Below are positions 9,368 through 19,093 of a stretch of 64,000 nt of DNA, piece by piece. Source of the DNA: an uncultured Verrucomicrobiae bacterium (GTDB lineage: Bacteria; Verrucomicrobiota; Verrucomicrobiia; Chthoniobacterales; JAFAMB01); contig CAWIPH010000002.1 in NCBI GenBank assembly GCA_963837955.1, positions 512,001 to 576,000 on the forward strand, read 5' to 3'. A program made the translations under genes and the position numbers. The stretch's first letter is position 1. Every line of letters starts with the position of its first letter. Below the pieces are notes generated by a model. The model saw only the letters and a program-made list of their open reading frames with translations, ran no database searches and was not told the DNA's origin.

Positions 9368-11326
9368 CTATTCTTCTGCGTTTTCCGAGTTCCCTAATTT
9401 GGCCAGGACCCCGAAATCTTCCAGCGTCGTCGTGTCGCCTGTGACTTGACCGCCCGCGGCTAACTCTTTGAGGAGCCGCCGCATAATTTTGCCGCTTCGC
9501 GTCTTCGGCAATGCCTCGGCAAAACGGATATCGTCCGGCTTAGCGATTGCGCCGATGACGGTACCGACATGCTGCCGAAGCTTGTCCCGCAACTCTGGCG
9601 ATGCCGATTCTCCCTGTTTGAGTGTGACGAAACAGACTACTGCTTGTCCCTTGATCTCGTCGGGCCGACCTACCGCAGCCGCCTCCGCGACAGAGGAGTG
9701 ACTTACCAATGCGCTTTCGATCTCCGAGGTACCGAGCCGATGGCCAGCGACATTCAAAACGTCGTCGATCCGGCCGACGATCCAAAAATATCCGTCCTTA
9801 TCGCGGCGGGCTCCATCCCCGGTCAAATACATCCCTTTATATTCGCTCCAATAGGTCTTCACGTAGCGCTCTTTGTCACCCCAAATGGTTCTCAACATCG
9901 AGGGCCACGGCTTACGGATGATTAGTTTTCCACCTCGATCGGTTTCGACTTCCTTACCATTTTCGTCGACAACGGCCGCATCAATTCCGAAAAACGGGAG
10001 CGTTGCCGTACCCGGTTTGCACGGTATTGCACCGGGTAAAGGGGTAATCATGATTGCGCCAGTCTCCGTTTGCCACCACGTATCCACGATCGGGCAACGA
10101 CCGCCGCCAATTACCGTGTGATACCACATCCACGCTTCCGGATTGATCGGCTCGCCGACGGTCCCGAGCAGCCGCAGTGAAGAAAGGTCGTGGCGGTTCG
10201 GATATTCGTCTCCGGCCCGGATAAACGCACGAATAGCCGTCGGTGCAGTGTAGAAGACATTGACCCCGTGGTCCGCGATTAGTTTCCAAAAACGATCCGG
10301 TTCCGGCCAATTTGGAGCGCCTTCATACATTAAAACTGTCGCTCCGTTGCTCAGTGGACCGTACACCACGTAGCTGTGGCCGGTAATCCAACCAACGTCG
10401 GCCGTGCACCAGAAAACGTCTTCTTCGCGCAAATCAAAAACATATTTCGTAGTGATCGTAGTACCGAGAAGATACCCGGCGGTGGTGTGGAGGATTCCTT
10501 TTGGCTTACCGGTCGAGCCGCTGGTGTACAGAATAAAAAGCGGGTGCTCAGAATCGACATATTCAGGCTCGCAATGCGGTTCGACGTTCTCCATTTCTTG
10601 GTGCCACCAAAAATCTCGTCCCTCCTTCATGGAGATTTCGTTGTTGGCCCGCCGAAATACGATAACCCTTTCGATCTGTTCGTTATCGGTTAACGCTTCA
10701 TCGACGTTCTTTTTGAGGGAGACGATACCGCCGCGCCGAAAACCACCATCGGCCGTGATGACCATTTTGGCCTGGCTATCGTTGATGCGATCCCTGATAG
10801 CTGCAGAACTGAAGCCCCCGAAAACGACCGAATGGATTGCTCCAATCCGAGCGCAAGCGAGCATCGCGATTGCCACCTCCGGGCATAGCGGCATGTAAAT
10901 AAGAATCCGATCGCCCTTCTTTATCTGGCTTCTCCGCAGAACGTTCGCGAATTTACAAACTTCCCGGTGAAGCTGGTTGTAGGTCAGGGTCCGTTTCTCT
11001 CCCGGTTCTCCTTCCCAGATGATGGCCGCCTTATTGCGCCGCGGTCCTTCCAGATGCCGATCCAGGCAGTTTTCCGAAACGTTGAGCTTACCTCCGACGA
11101 ACCACTGGGCGAACGGAGCATTCCACTTCAGAACATCGTCCCACTTTTTGTGCCAGACCAGTAGCTCCTCGGCTTGCTGGCCCCAAAACTTTTCCGGGTT
11201 CTTGATCGATTTTCGGTAAAGCTCTTCGTATTCGTCAAAATCGGAGATCAAGGCACGCTTCGCAAAAGATTTGGAAGGTTTGAAAACCCGATTCTCGACG
11301 AGATGAGATTCGATGTGGTTGCTCAT
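9368..11326 (-). CDS. acs: Acetate-CoA ligase
   Basis: [47 protein letters not shown]. Confidence 0.97.
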   Translation of the reverse strand: MSNHIESHLVENRVFKPSKSFAKRALISDFDEYEELYRKSIKNPEKFWGQQAEELLVWHKKWDDVLKWNAPFAQWFVGGKLNVSENCLDRHLEGPRRNKAAIIWEGEPGEKRTLTYNQLHREVCKFANVLRRSQIKKGDRILIYMPLCPEVAIAMLACARIGAIHSVVFGGFSSAAIRDRINDSQAKMVITADGGFRRGGIVSLKKNVDEALTDNEQIERVIVFRRANNEISMKEGRDFWWHQEMENVEPHCEPEYVDSEHPLFILYTSGSTGKPKGILHTTAGYLLGTTITTKYVFDLREEDVFWCTADVGWITGHSYVVYGPLSNGATVLMYEGAPNWPEPDRFWKLIADHGVNVFYTAPTAIRAFIRAGDEYPNRHDLSSLRLLGTVGEPINPEAWMWYHTVIGGGRCPIVDTWWQTETGAIMITPLPGAIPCKPGTATLPFFGIDAAVVDENGKEVETDRGGKLIIRKPWPSMLRTIWGDKERYVKTYWSEYKGMYLTGDGARRDKDGYFWIVGRIDDVLNVAGHRLGTSEIESALVSHSSVAEAAAVGRPDEIKGQAVVCFVTLKQGESASPELRDKLRQHVGTVIGAIAKPDDIRFAEALPKTRSGKIMRRLLKELAAGGQVTGDTTTLEDFGVLAKLGNSENAEE

Positions 11327-11588
11327 GGGAGGATTCAATGTTTGCTCTATAACATTCGATTATCAGAAACTTACTTTGCGTACCTAATAAACCGAGAGCT
11401 CGCCAAGTGCCAGCCTGCCGTCTCCCGTATAAGAACGATGTTACATAGTGCCTGATCCCTGAGCCAAAGATCGGAGCTGCTTCCCACTTCGCCAATTTGT
11501 CGGTCATAGTCGAGTTGGCGGGGGACAGCGTTGGACTTGGGCAGCTTCCCGGAATACGCCAGATTGGCGGCGCACGAGGACGGTAGCG

Positions 11589-11981
11589 CTAGACCTGGAT
11601 GACCGGAAGCGGATAACGAAGCCGAAGTTCCTGGTCTAACATGATCTCTACGTGGTGCAGCCCATATTGTTGGAATCGCACTCCCGTGAATAAATTGACA
11701 TTCGTTACGTGTCCCTCCAGCTCCTTTAGTTCAAAATCGATCTGCGACTCGGCCAACACCTGCTGCTCATCAGCCCCCAGGATTCGCGCCACCTGCCGGA
11801 AATGTCCGATCCCGCCGCACCATCGCGTCCAGACGCAAATCTTGAGCAAAGCGACCGGCAAGACACGCGCTGGGATCAGGTTGACGATTCCAACCAGCGT
11901 TTGCATGCCGTTCACCTCTTGTCGAACATCTTCGCAGACAACGGACGCTTGCAAATCGGGCAAGACGCTCTCGGGTTCCAT
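11589..11981 (-). CDS. Hypothetical all-beta protein (DUF6941-like: CEDVRQE..G...LVG)
   Basis: Clean ORF co-oriented with its neighbours; motif resemblance only. Confidence 0.7.
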   Translation of the reverse strand: MEPESVLPDLQASVVCEDVRQEVNGMQTLVGIVNLIPARVLPVALLKICVWTRWCGGIGHFRQVARILGADEQQVLAESQIDFELKELEGHVTNVNLFTGVRFQQYGLHHVEIMLDQELRLRYPLPVIQV

Positions 11982-12202
11982 AAATGAGCAATTTCACTCC
12001 GCCCAGGCGAAACCAGAAAGCCATCCGCCATCTTGGTCTGTAACCAATCGTTCAGCGATTCGCTGCCAAGCGGTCCAGTTTAACATCGGTGCACCAATTC
12101 CATGGTTTGGTGCGTTAGTGCCTCCCATTTACGAGACGATGCACTAGGACCCCGATTTTTACCAAGATTCCTTTCAATGCGAGATCGGCAAGGTTGAAAC
12201 CG

Positions 12203-12598
<396 letters not shown>

Positions 12599-12642
12599 TT
12601 AGCCCTCATCAAGGGCTGAGAATGCTGCCTGCTGGCAATAGC

Positions 12643-13233
12643 CTAGATTTGGGATCCCATGCTTAAACGCTGAATCACGGCTGGAAGAAGCTCGTGCTCC
12701 GCCGATTGAATGCGGGCATGCAGCGACTCGGCCGTATCGCCGGGCAAAACAGGAACAGTTCGCCGATCTATGATCTCGCCAGTATCTACGCCAGCTTCGA
12801 CGTAGTGCACCGTACAACCTGTTACCGCTACACCGGCCGCCAGAGCCTGTTTCCAAGCTTCCAGACCAGGGAAATCTGGTAGTAACGACGGATGAATGTT
12901 GATTATCGCCCGCGGAAACGCGTTTAGCAGAGGCTGTTTCACGACTCGCATGAAGCCGGCCAGCACCACCACTTCAACGTTTGCTTCCTGTAATAGGCGG
13001 ACAATATCCTGCTCTACTTCTTCGGCTAGCTTTGTCCGGTATTTCCCGGGATGCACGTAGAGTGCTGGAATCTGAAAATCGCGGGCATACGAAAGAATCC
13101 CGGCGTCCGGAACGTCCGAGATAACGATCCGTACCTCGGCATCCAACCGGCCGTCGTTTATTTGCTCGACGATGGCTCGAAAATTGGAGCCTTTACCAGA
13201 TCCGAGCACTCCCAGCCGAAGTCGCTTTTTCAT
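12643..13233 (-). CDS. purN: Phosphoribosylglycinamide formyltransferase
   Basis: SGKGSNF, LAGFMR, NIHPSLLP, GCTVHYV..GVDTG. Confidence 0.96.
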   Translation of the reverse strand: MKKRLRLGVLGSGKGSNFRAIVEQINDGRLDAEVRIVISDVPDAGILSYARDFQIPALYVHPGKYRTKLAEEVEQDIVRLLQEANVEVVVLAGFMRVVKQPLLNAFPRAIINIHPSLLPDFPGLEAWKQALAAGVAVTGCTVHYVEAGVDTGEIIDRRTVPVLPGDTAESLHARIQSAEHELLPAVIQRLSMGSQI

Positions 13234-13700
13234 TTTTCTTGGATAGCCCGCAGCACCGCCGTCGTCGACTTGCCCGGCACCAAAGGAAGGAGTTTTATTT
13301 CCGTGCCGACTTCCCGCAACGCACCGAGTTCTTCCGGATTCAAGGAATCGATCGTGTAGTCTCCTCCCTTTGTATAGATATGCGGTCGCAGCTCTTTGAT
13401 CAATCGAGTGGCTCTAGGGTCGCTAAAAATTATTACATGATCAACCGCGGCTAATGCCGCCAGAACCTCTGCCCGATCGATCTCGCTGTTAACCGGCCTA
13501 TTGGATCCCTTAATCGCCCGAACCGACTGATCGCTGTTGAGTCCCACCACCAGCACTCCCCCCAATTTCTTGGCCGCCTGCAGATAGCGGATATGACCAA
13601 CATGAAGAATATCAAAGCAACCGTTGGTGAAGATTATGGAATCCGGCGCGTAGTTTTCACGCAGGGTCGTTGCCGCGGATTCTGGCAATATTTTACGCAT
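13230..13700 (-). CDS. rfaE2: D-glycero-beta-D-manno-heptose 1-phosphate adenylyltransferase (RfaE domain II)
   Basis: FTNGCFDILHVGH, GLNSDQSV..IKG..RP, KGGDY, GKSTT. Confidence 0.9.
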   Translation of the reverse strand: MRKILPESAATTLRENYAPDSIIFTNGCFDILHVGHIRYLQAAKKLGGVLVVGLNSDQSVRAIKGSNRPVNSEIDRAEVLAALAAVDHVIIFSDPRATRLIKELRPHIYTKGGDYTIDSLNPEELGALREVGTEIKLLPLVPGKSTTAVLRAIQEK

Positions 13701-13755
13701 GCCGTTTGAAATTTGCAGTAGCAGCTTACCAAAGTAAGTCTATACCAATTATATC

Positions 13756-14868
13756 ATGCTAGATCCCCGTTACGAACGCCTGGCAGAGGTGTTGATTGAT
13801 TTTTCCACCCGGCTCCAAAAAGGAGAGAAGGTGCTTATCGACTCCTTTGATACCCCCCCAGAGATGGTTGCTTCTCTGATTCGAAGAGCGCGCGCTAGAG
13901 AGGCAGTCCCTCTGATCAATTTGCAGAGCAACTTTATCAACCGTGAATTACTGCGTGGGGCTGAAGAGGAGCAATATCGGCTCATCGCCGAGTATGAGAT
14001 GGTGAGAATGCAGGCGGTGGATGCTTACATTGCTCTCCGCGGGAGCAACAACATCACCGAGCATTCCGATGTTCCTCCGGACCGAATGCAGCTCGCCTTG
14101 AAATTGCTCAAACCGGTCTTGGAACAGCGAGTGAACAAGACAAAGTGGGTGGTACTGCGCTGGCCGACCCCTGCCATGGCGCAAATGGCCGGCATGAGCA
14201 CCGAAGCCTTCGAAGATTTTTTCTTCCGAGTCTGTACGCTCGACTACTCCAAGATGGAGAGCGCCATGAAACCGCTAAAAGACTTGATGGACCATACTGA
14301 CCGTGTTCGTATCACCGGTCCGGGCACCGATCTGCGGTTTACCATTCACGGGATTCCGACCATAGCCTGCAGTGGCGAACACAACATCCCGGACGGCGAG
14401 ATTTTCACCTGTCCGGTGAGGGATTCGGTCGAAGGTCACGTTCAGTTTAACGCTCCGACCATTTATCAAGGTTCAGCTTTTGATTCGGTGCGGTTAAGGT
14501 TTAGGAATGGGAAAGTCGTTGAAGCTTCTGGCAACAACTCTAAACGAATAAACGAGATCCTCGATTCGGATGAGGGAGCGCGCTACGTAGGGGAATTTGC
14601 TCTCGGGTTCAACCCCTACATTCTGGAGCCAATGCGCGATATCCTTTTCGACGAAAAGATCGCCGGCTCATTTCATTTCACGCCGGGCCAAGCGTACGAG
14701 AACGCCGACAACGGCAACCGAAGCCAAGTCCATTGGGACTTAGTTGCGATTCAGCGTCCCGAATACGGTGGCGGCGAAATCTATTTTGATGATCAGCTCA
14801 TCCGTAAGGATGGCATGTTTGTGCAGAAAGAGCTGAAAGGGCTCAATCCCGAGCACTTGGTAAGTTAA
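13756..14868 (+). CDS. Aminopeptidase, M29 (AmpS/aminopeptidase T) family
   Basis: [39 protein letters not shown]. Confidence 0.93.
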   Translation: MLDPRYERLAEVLIDFSTRLQKGEKVLIDSFDTPPEMVASLIRRARAREAVPLINLQSNFINRELLRGAEEEQYRLIAEYEMVRMQAVDAYIALRGSNNITEHSDVPPDRMQLALKLLKPVLEQRVNKTKWVVLRWPTPAMAQMAGMSTEAFEDFFFRVCTLDYSKMESAMKPLKDLMDHTDRVRITGPGTDLRFTIHGIPTIACSGEHNIPDGEIFTCPVRDSVEGHVQFNAPTIYQGSAFDSVRLRFRNGKVVEASGNNSKRINEILDSDEGARYVGEFALGFNPYILEPMRDILFDEKIAGSFHFTPGQAYENADNGNRSQVHWDLVAIQRPEYGGGEIYFDDQLIRKDGMFVQKELKGLNPEHLVS

Positions 14869-14951
14869 GGATTTTCGCCCACGACGGGGAGCATTCTTGG
14901 TGGTCTTCTGAAACTAGCCACAAAGAACGCAGGGAAAGTACCTCTTTGCTT

Positions 14952-15216
14952 CCTTTGCTACCTTCTGTTCAAAAGTCTTTGCTGACTTCTGTTTCGGTCT
15001 TTCTTCCAGGTTTCGCGCTTTGTTGCCGAACGATTTCTTGCGCTCCTACGGAGCCATCCCGGTTTTGGGATCAGGGTTACGCAAAGCCCTGTGAATAGTG
15101 AACGGGTGAACGGTCTGGGGTGAAAGTTGAACCCGCGAGAAGAAAGAATGAAACCGTGGAAGAAAGAAGGAACAGAAGTCAGCCAAGAAGATTTTTTGAA
15201 CAGAAGGTAGCAAAGG
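14952..15216. mobile_element. MITE-like element with ~65-bp imperfect terminal inverted repeats
   Basis: 14952-15014 (CCTTTGCTACCTTCTGTTCAAAA...CTTTCTTCCAGGTTTC) is the near reverse complement of 15150-15216; no credible ORF inside. Confidence 0.65.
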
Positions 15217-15284
15217 CCTTCGACCTGAGCTCAGCCAAACGGTGGAATTTAGCAACCGCGAATGGACGCCGAATAGCTTCCCTC

Positions 15285-15326
15285 ATTGGCTATCTGCTAT
15301 TTGCTATTTGTCATTCGCTTCGACCG
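15285..15326. repeat. Heptamer repeat family, copy 2
   Basis: GCTATCTGCTATTTGCTATTTGTCATTCGCTTCGACCG. Confidence 0.85.
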
Positions 15327-15762
15327 ACCCCGGAAGCAGCTTTTGGAATGCAGAGTTTTTGGAAAGCGCGGGATTCAGCCGCAACAGCTCTGCCCGGAGC
15401 TGCTTACCTAAGCGTTCGATCGCGTGGACAAAGCGCGAATGATCTACCTCACCTTGCCCGGGTGAATAACTGGACGTGACGATCACATGGTCGTTGTGCC
15501 TGGAAAATCGTAGCCACGACTCCGATTCGGTGAATTCAAATGTCTCGGTCCGGCCAGGCTGCTGGAGTTCCTTGGCGATCTGTCGCAAAGCTGCGGCGAG
15601 GTCGATCAAAGGAACCCACCCCCAGTTCGTACTGAAATTCGTGGACCCGATTTCCAAGATCAGATCGCCGAGAGCGACGCGGTAACGGAAATCTTCTTCG
15701 TCGGCGCGCGACCAGTCGTCGACGTCTCTGACAGGTTCTGCCAAACGAAAATCGAGTTTCAT
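15304..15762 (-). CDS. Putative immunity protein (CdiI-like)
   Basis: Small acidic protein 4 bp downstream of a toxin-like ORF. FSTNWGWVPLID and FEFTES recall CDI immunity proteins (from memory, unverified). Confidence 0.6.
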   Translation of the reverse strand: MKLDFRLAEPVRDVDDWSRADEEDFRYRVALGDLILEIGSTNFSTNWGWVPLIDLAAALRQIAKELQQPGRTETFEFTESESWLRFSRHNDHVIVTSSYSPGQGEVDHSRFVHAIERLGKQLRAELLRLNPALSKNSAFQKLLPGSVEANDK

Positions 15763-15766
15763 AAGA

Positions 15767-16180
15767 CTAAAATGGAAAAGCGGTCACTACTTGGTTTCGT
15801 TTGCTCACAACTACCCGAAGTCGGGTTGCCGGTTGACCGTTAATGTTCGTGCCTATCTGACGCCGAAAATCGTATTCGTAAATCACGCCCGGACGCCCGT
15901 TCGTATTGACGCGACTATGGCCATTCTGGACCGCCTCATTGATCAGAGCGCGGAGGCTCTCTTCGGTGATACCATTCAAGAATTTGCCGGCACCGGCTGC
16001 CGGGCTGTCGGGCCAATGCCGTTCCATGATATGCCGGAACGCCTTTTTAGTCAGTATGACTTGGTTGGAATATTGGTCAGCCTCTTGGTAGGCCCACGTT
16101 GTTGGCTCACCTGCGAGACAAGCCCCGAGGTCGAGGGCGAGGACCAGCACGACGACGAGACCGAGTTCGAGTGAAGCCAT
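15767..16180 (-). CDS. Putative RNase toxin domain (CdiA-CT/BECR-like) with a hydrophobic N-terminal leader
   Basis: HIMERH, GKF, YDF..QIGT, RLRVVV, C-terminal VVTAFP pattern typical of polymorphic-toxin tips. Confidence 0.65.
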   Translation of the reverse strand: MASLELGLVVVLVLALDLGACLAGEPTTWAYQEADQYSNQVILTKKAFRHIMERHWPDSPAAGAGKFLNGITEESLRALINEAVQNGHSRVNTNGRPGVIYEYDFRRQIGTNINGQPATRLRVVVSKRNQVVTAFPF

Positions 16181-16189
16181 GTGCCGATT

Positions 16190-16879
16190 TCAATTGTCCG
16201 CAGCCTGAGCGATCCGCATATTGGTTATTGTTTTGGCGGGATCTGGCGAGTGGAAAATCGAAGTGCCAGCGACGAATACGTTCGCTCCCGCTCGCCTGGC
16301 GATTGGCGTCGTAGTTAAGTTAATGCCCCCATCGACCTCAATGTGAAACTTGAGGTTTCGCTCTTCTCTCAGCTGATTAGCGCGGCGAACTTTTTCCATC
16401 ATCTCTGCCATGAAAGGCTGCCCGCCAAAGCCCGGGTTGACCGTCATCACCAACAGCAGATCAATCTGATCGAGCAACGGTAGCACTCGTTCGAACGGGG
16501 TGGGGGGACTAATGGCGAGACCGGCCGTACACCCTTCTGCCCGAATCCCGCGTAGAGTTCCCGCGATGTCCACTTCCGTTTCGACGTGAAGCGTCACGTT
16601 TTGTACGAATGGTGTTAATCGTTTGTAAAAATGGTCGGGCCGCGAAATCATGAGATGAGTATCCAGCGGCCTGGTCGCGAATCTCGAGATAGTCTCAACG
16701 ATTGGGGGCCCAAACGATATGTTATCCACAAAGTGACCGTCCATCACATCGAGATGCAGCCAATCTGCTCCAGCCCTTTCGACCCGGGCGCATTCCGCTT
16801 CCAATCTGCCAAAATCACTGGCCAAAACCGAAGGGGCCACAATGATAGGGTTGTTCCTTAATCTTGCCTCCGTTGACAC
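16190..16879 (-). CDS. rpe: Ribulose-phosphate 3-epimerase
   Basis: APSVLASDF, HLDVMDGHFVDN, MTVNPGFGGQ, EVDGG. Confidence 0.97.
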   Translation of the reverse strand: MSTEARLRNNPIIVAPSVLASDFGRLEAECARVERAGADWLHLDVMDGHFVDNISFGPPIVETISRFATRPLDTHLMISRPDHFYKRLTPFVQNVTLHVETEVDIAGTLRGIRAEGCTAGLAISPPTPFERVLPLLDQIDLLLVMTVNPGFGGQPFMAEMMEKVRRANQLREERNLKFHIEVDGGINLTTTPIARRAGANVFVAGTSIFHSPDPAKTITNMRIAQAADN

Positions 16880-16888
16880 CCGCTAAGC

Positions 16889-17356
16889 ATGGCTGAATTG
16901 TTGGATTTTGCGAGTGACGATTACTTCATGGGAGAAGCCCTGCGTCAGGCTAGAAGGGCCGAAGCACAGGAGGAAGTGCCCATCGGCGCAGTCATCGTCT
17001 ATCAATCGGGAATTATTGCTCGGGCTTGGAATCAGGTAGAGACTTTGAAGGACGCTACGGCCCACGCGGAGATGTTGGCCATCACTCAAGCGGAAAGCGC
17101 TTTAGGCGATTGGCGTCTCACCGAATGCGATCTTTACGTGACAAAAGAACCCTGCCCGATGTGTGCTGGCGCCATCGTTCATGCCCGTCTTCGCCGCGTG
17201 ATCTTTGGTTGCCCCGATCCGAAGACCGGGGCTGCCGGCGGAATGATCAACCTCTTGCAAATGGCTCCGTTAAACCATAGCTGCTTGATCACTGCGGGTG
17301 TCCGGGAACCCGAGTGCCGCCAAATCCTGCAAAACTTCTTTCGAGAAAAGCGGTAG
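16889..17356 (+). CDS. tadA: tRNA-specific adenosine deaminase
   Basis: EVPIGAV, TAHAE, EPCPMCAGA, DPKTGA, FF at the C-terminus. Confidence 0.93.
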   Translation: MAELLDFASDDYFMGEALRQARRAEAQEEVPIGAVIVYQSGIIARAWNQVETLKDATAHAEMLAITQAESALGDWRLTECDLYVTKEPCPMCAGAIVHARLRRVIFGCPDPKTGAAGGMINLLQMAPLNHSCLITAGVREPECRQILQNFFREKR

Positions 17357-17358
17357 GT

Positions 17359-17554
17359 GACGGGAACGCCGGGAACGCCGTCAGCGCCGGGAACGCCAAC
17401 CGGTAACAGGTGATCAGTGATCGGTGATCGGTGATCGGTGAGAACATGCCAAGTTGGGTTCCTTGGTAGAGGAGCGGAAGATGAGGCAAAGGACTGGTTG
17501 CGGGTTGGCGATCCGCTGACGGCGTTCCCGGCGTTCCCGGCGTTCCCGGCGTTA
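17359..17554. repeat. Composite inverted-repeat element of 9-mers (GGGAACGCC)n ... (GGCGTTCCC)n with internal (GTGATCG)n heptamers
   Basis: 17359-17401 is approximately the reverse complement of 17503-17554; lies between convergent tadA and the TSUP gene. Confidence 0.8.
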
Positions 17555-18337
17555 CAACCCACCGACTATCTTCACCAGCTCGTTCCAACCATCGAATGCC
17601 GTTTTGGCGAGCAGGATGCACACGATTACAACGAAGAAACGGCGAACGTAAGCATTCCCTTTCCAGAGCGCGTAACGCGCCCCCACTATTCCCCCTGCGG
17701 CATTCGCGATCGCCATGGGGATTGCGATCGGCCACAATATATTTCCGGTAAAACCGAATAAGAGGATCGCACCCAGATTGGTACTCACATTGACCAGCTT
17801 AGCGGCGGCAGAAGCGTGCAGAAAATCAAACCGGAATATCCGGATGAAAAGAAAGATCAAAAACGTTCCGGTACCTGGTCCGATAAATCCGTCATAAAAC
17901 CCGATCGCCGCGCCGATCAGGCATCCCTTGAAAATTGCTCCTGGGCCAAGAGACGCAGCCCCGGACAACTCACCCAGCCTCTTATGTTTGAGCGTGTAGA
18001 TCAAAAGTCCCAGCAAAAGTACCGGCAACGCTAACTTGAAAAGCTCCGGTGAAATGAAACGGGTGACTTGGGCTCCCACGAGTGAACCGATGCCGGCGAT
18101 CAAACACGTCGGGATCATGAAACGAAAAGGCAGGGTGACTCGCCGGCAGAATGCGATGCTGGCGTTTATTGTTCCGGTGATCGCCGCGAGCTTGTTCGTA
18201 CCCAATAATTGCGGGGGCGATTGTGCGGGCAGAAAGGCAAACAAAGCAGGTAACTGCACCAATCCGCCACCTCCAACGGTCGCATCCACGAAACCCGCGA
18301 AGAACGCGCTGATGGTTAAGAGAAGAAGATTGAACAC
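17552..18337 (-). CDS. TSUP/TauE (sulfite exporter, YfcA-like) family transporter
   Basis: AGFVDATVGGGGL, GTNK, GFYDGFIGPGTGTF. Confidence 0.92.
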   Translation of the reverse strand: MFNLLLLTISAFFAGFVDATVGGGGLVQLPALFAFLPAQSPPQLLGTNKLAAITGTINASIAFCRRVTLPFRFMIPTCLIAGIGSLVGAQVTRFISPELFKLALPVLLLGLLIYTLKHKRLGELSGAASLGPGAIFKGCLIGAAIGFYDGFIGPGTGTFLIFLFIRIFRFDFLHASAAAKLVNVSTNLGAILLFGFTGNILWPIAIPMAIANAAGGIVGARYALWKGNAYVRRFFVVIVCILLAKTAFDGWNELVKIVGGL

Positions 18338-18474
18338 AGCAATGGGGAGCTAAATGGATCTAGAATCTAGAAGCTAAAAGGCAGGAGCGAGGATTTAGTA
18401 TCCAGGATTCAGGAGGCCAATTTTGGGGCGAGTTGCAATTCGAGCACGGAGCGAAATCCCCGCCCACTCCGGGA

Positions 18475-18777
18475 TCAAGCGACCTCAACGAAGATATCAT
18501 CCCCCTGGAGAACAACGGAGTAGGTTTGTACCGGTTCTATTGCTGGTGGCGTAAGCGCTTCGCCGGTTCGCAAATCGAAACACGCGCCATGCAAGGGACA
18601 CTCCACTGTTTCACCTTCAACCCGACCTTCTGATAGCGAAGCTTCCGCATGGGTACAGATATCGCTGATAGCGAAAAAAATTCCTCCCACGTTGAACACA
18701 GCGATAGGTGGATCTTCGATCCGCTTCACTTCGCCAGGGGTGAGCTCCGACTTACTGCAAACTCGTCGCAAGGACAT
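18475..18777 (-). CDS. Rieske-type [2Fe-2S] ferredoxin
   Basis: CTH...CPLH Rieske motif; 100 aa. Confidence 0.92.
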   Translation of the reverse strand: MSLRRVCSKSELTPGEVKRIEDPPIAVFNVGGIFFAISDICTHAEASLSEGRVEGETVECPLHGACFDLRTGEALTPPAIEPVQTYSVVLQGDDIFVEVA

Positions 18778-18893
18778 GGGAAGAGGATACAGGGACTAGG
18801 AGCCAGGATCTAGTAGCCGCGTCCAAGCAGATGAGCAGGATGCAGCGATCACGAAGACGACTTCTAAATTCTAGTTTCGGCGTTTCTCACGCC

Positions 18894-18975
18894 GAAGGCG
18901 TAAGAGGACTCAGCCCAGGGTGGAGGCTTGGCGGAACCCTGGGTAAAGCAAAAAGCGGTCCGCTCTGAAAGAGCG
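18894..18975. repeat. REP-like palindromic element, copy 1
   Basis: GAAGGCGTAA.AGGACTCAGCCCAGGGT...AACCCTGGG plus a CGCTC-TGAAA-GAGCG hairpin; second copy at 22955-23039. Confidence 0.8.
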
Positions 18976-19051
18976 TTAGGAATTGTCCAGCCGCTGGGGA
19001 AACGGACAACAGGTTGACACAGGTGTAAGCAAAGAAGATTTTCAGGCCTTC

Positions 19052-19093
19052 ATTTGCTATCTGCTATTTGCTATTTGTTATTCGCTTCGACCG
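19052..19093. repeat. Heptamer repeat family, copy 3
   Basis: ATTTGCTATCTGCTATTTGCTATTTGTTATTCGCTTCGACCG. Confidence 0.85.
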
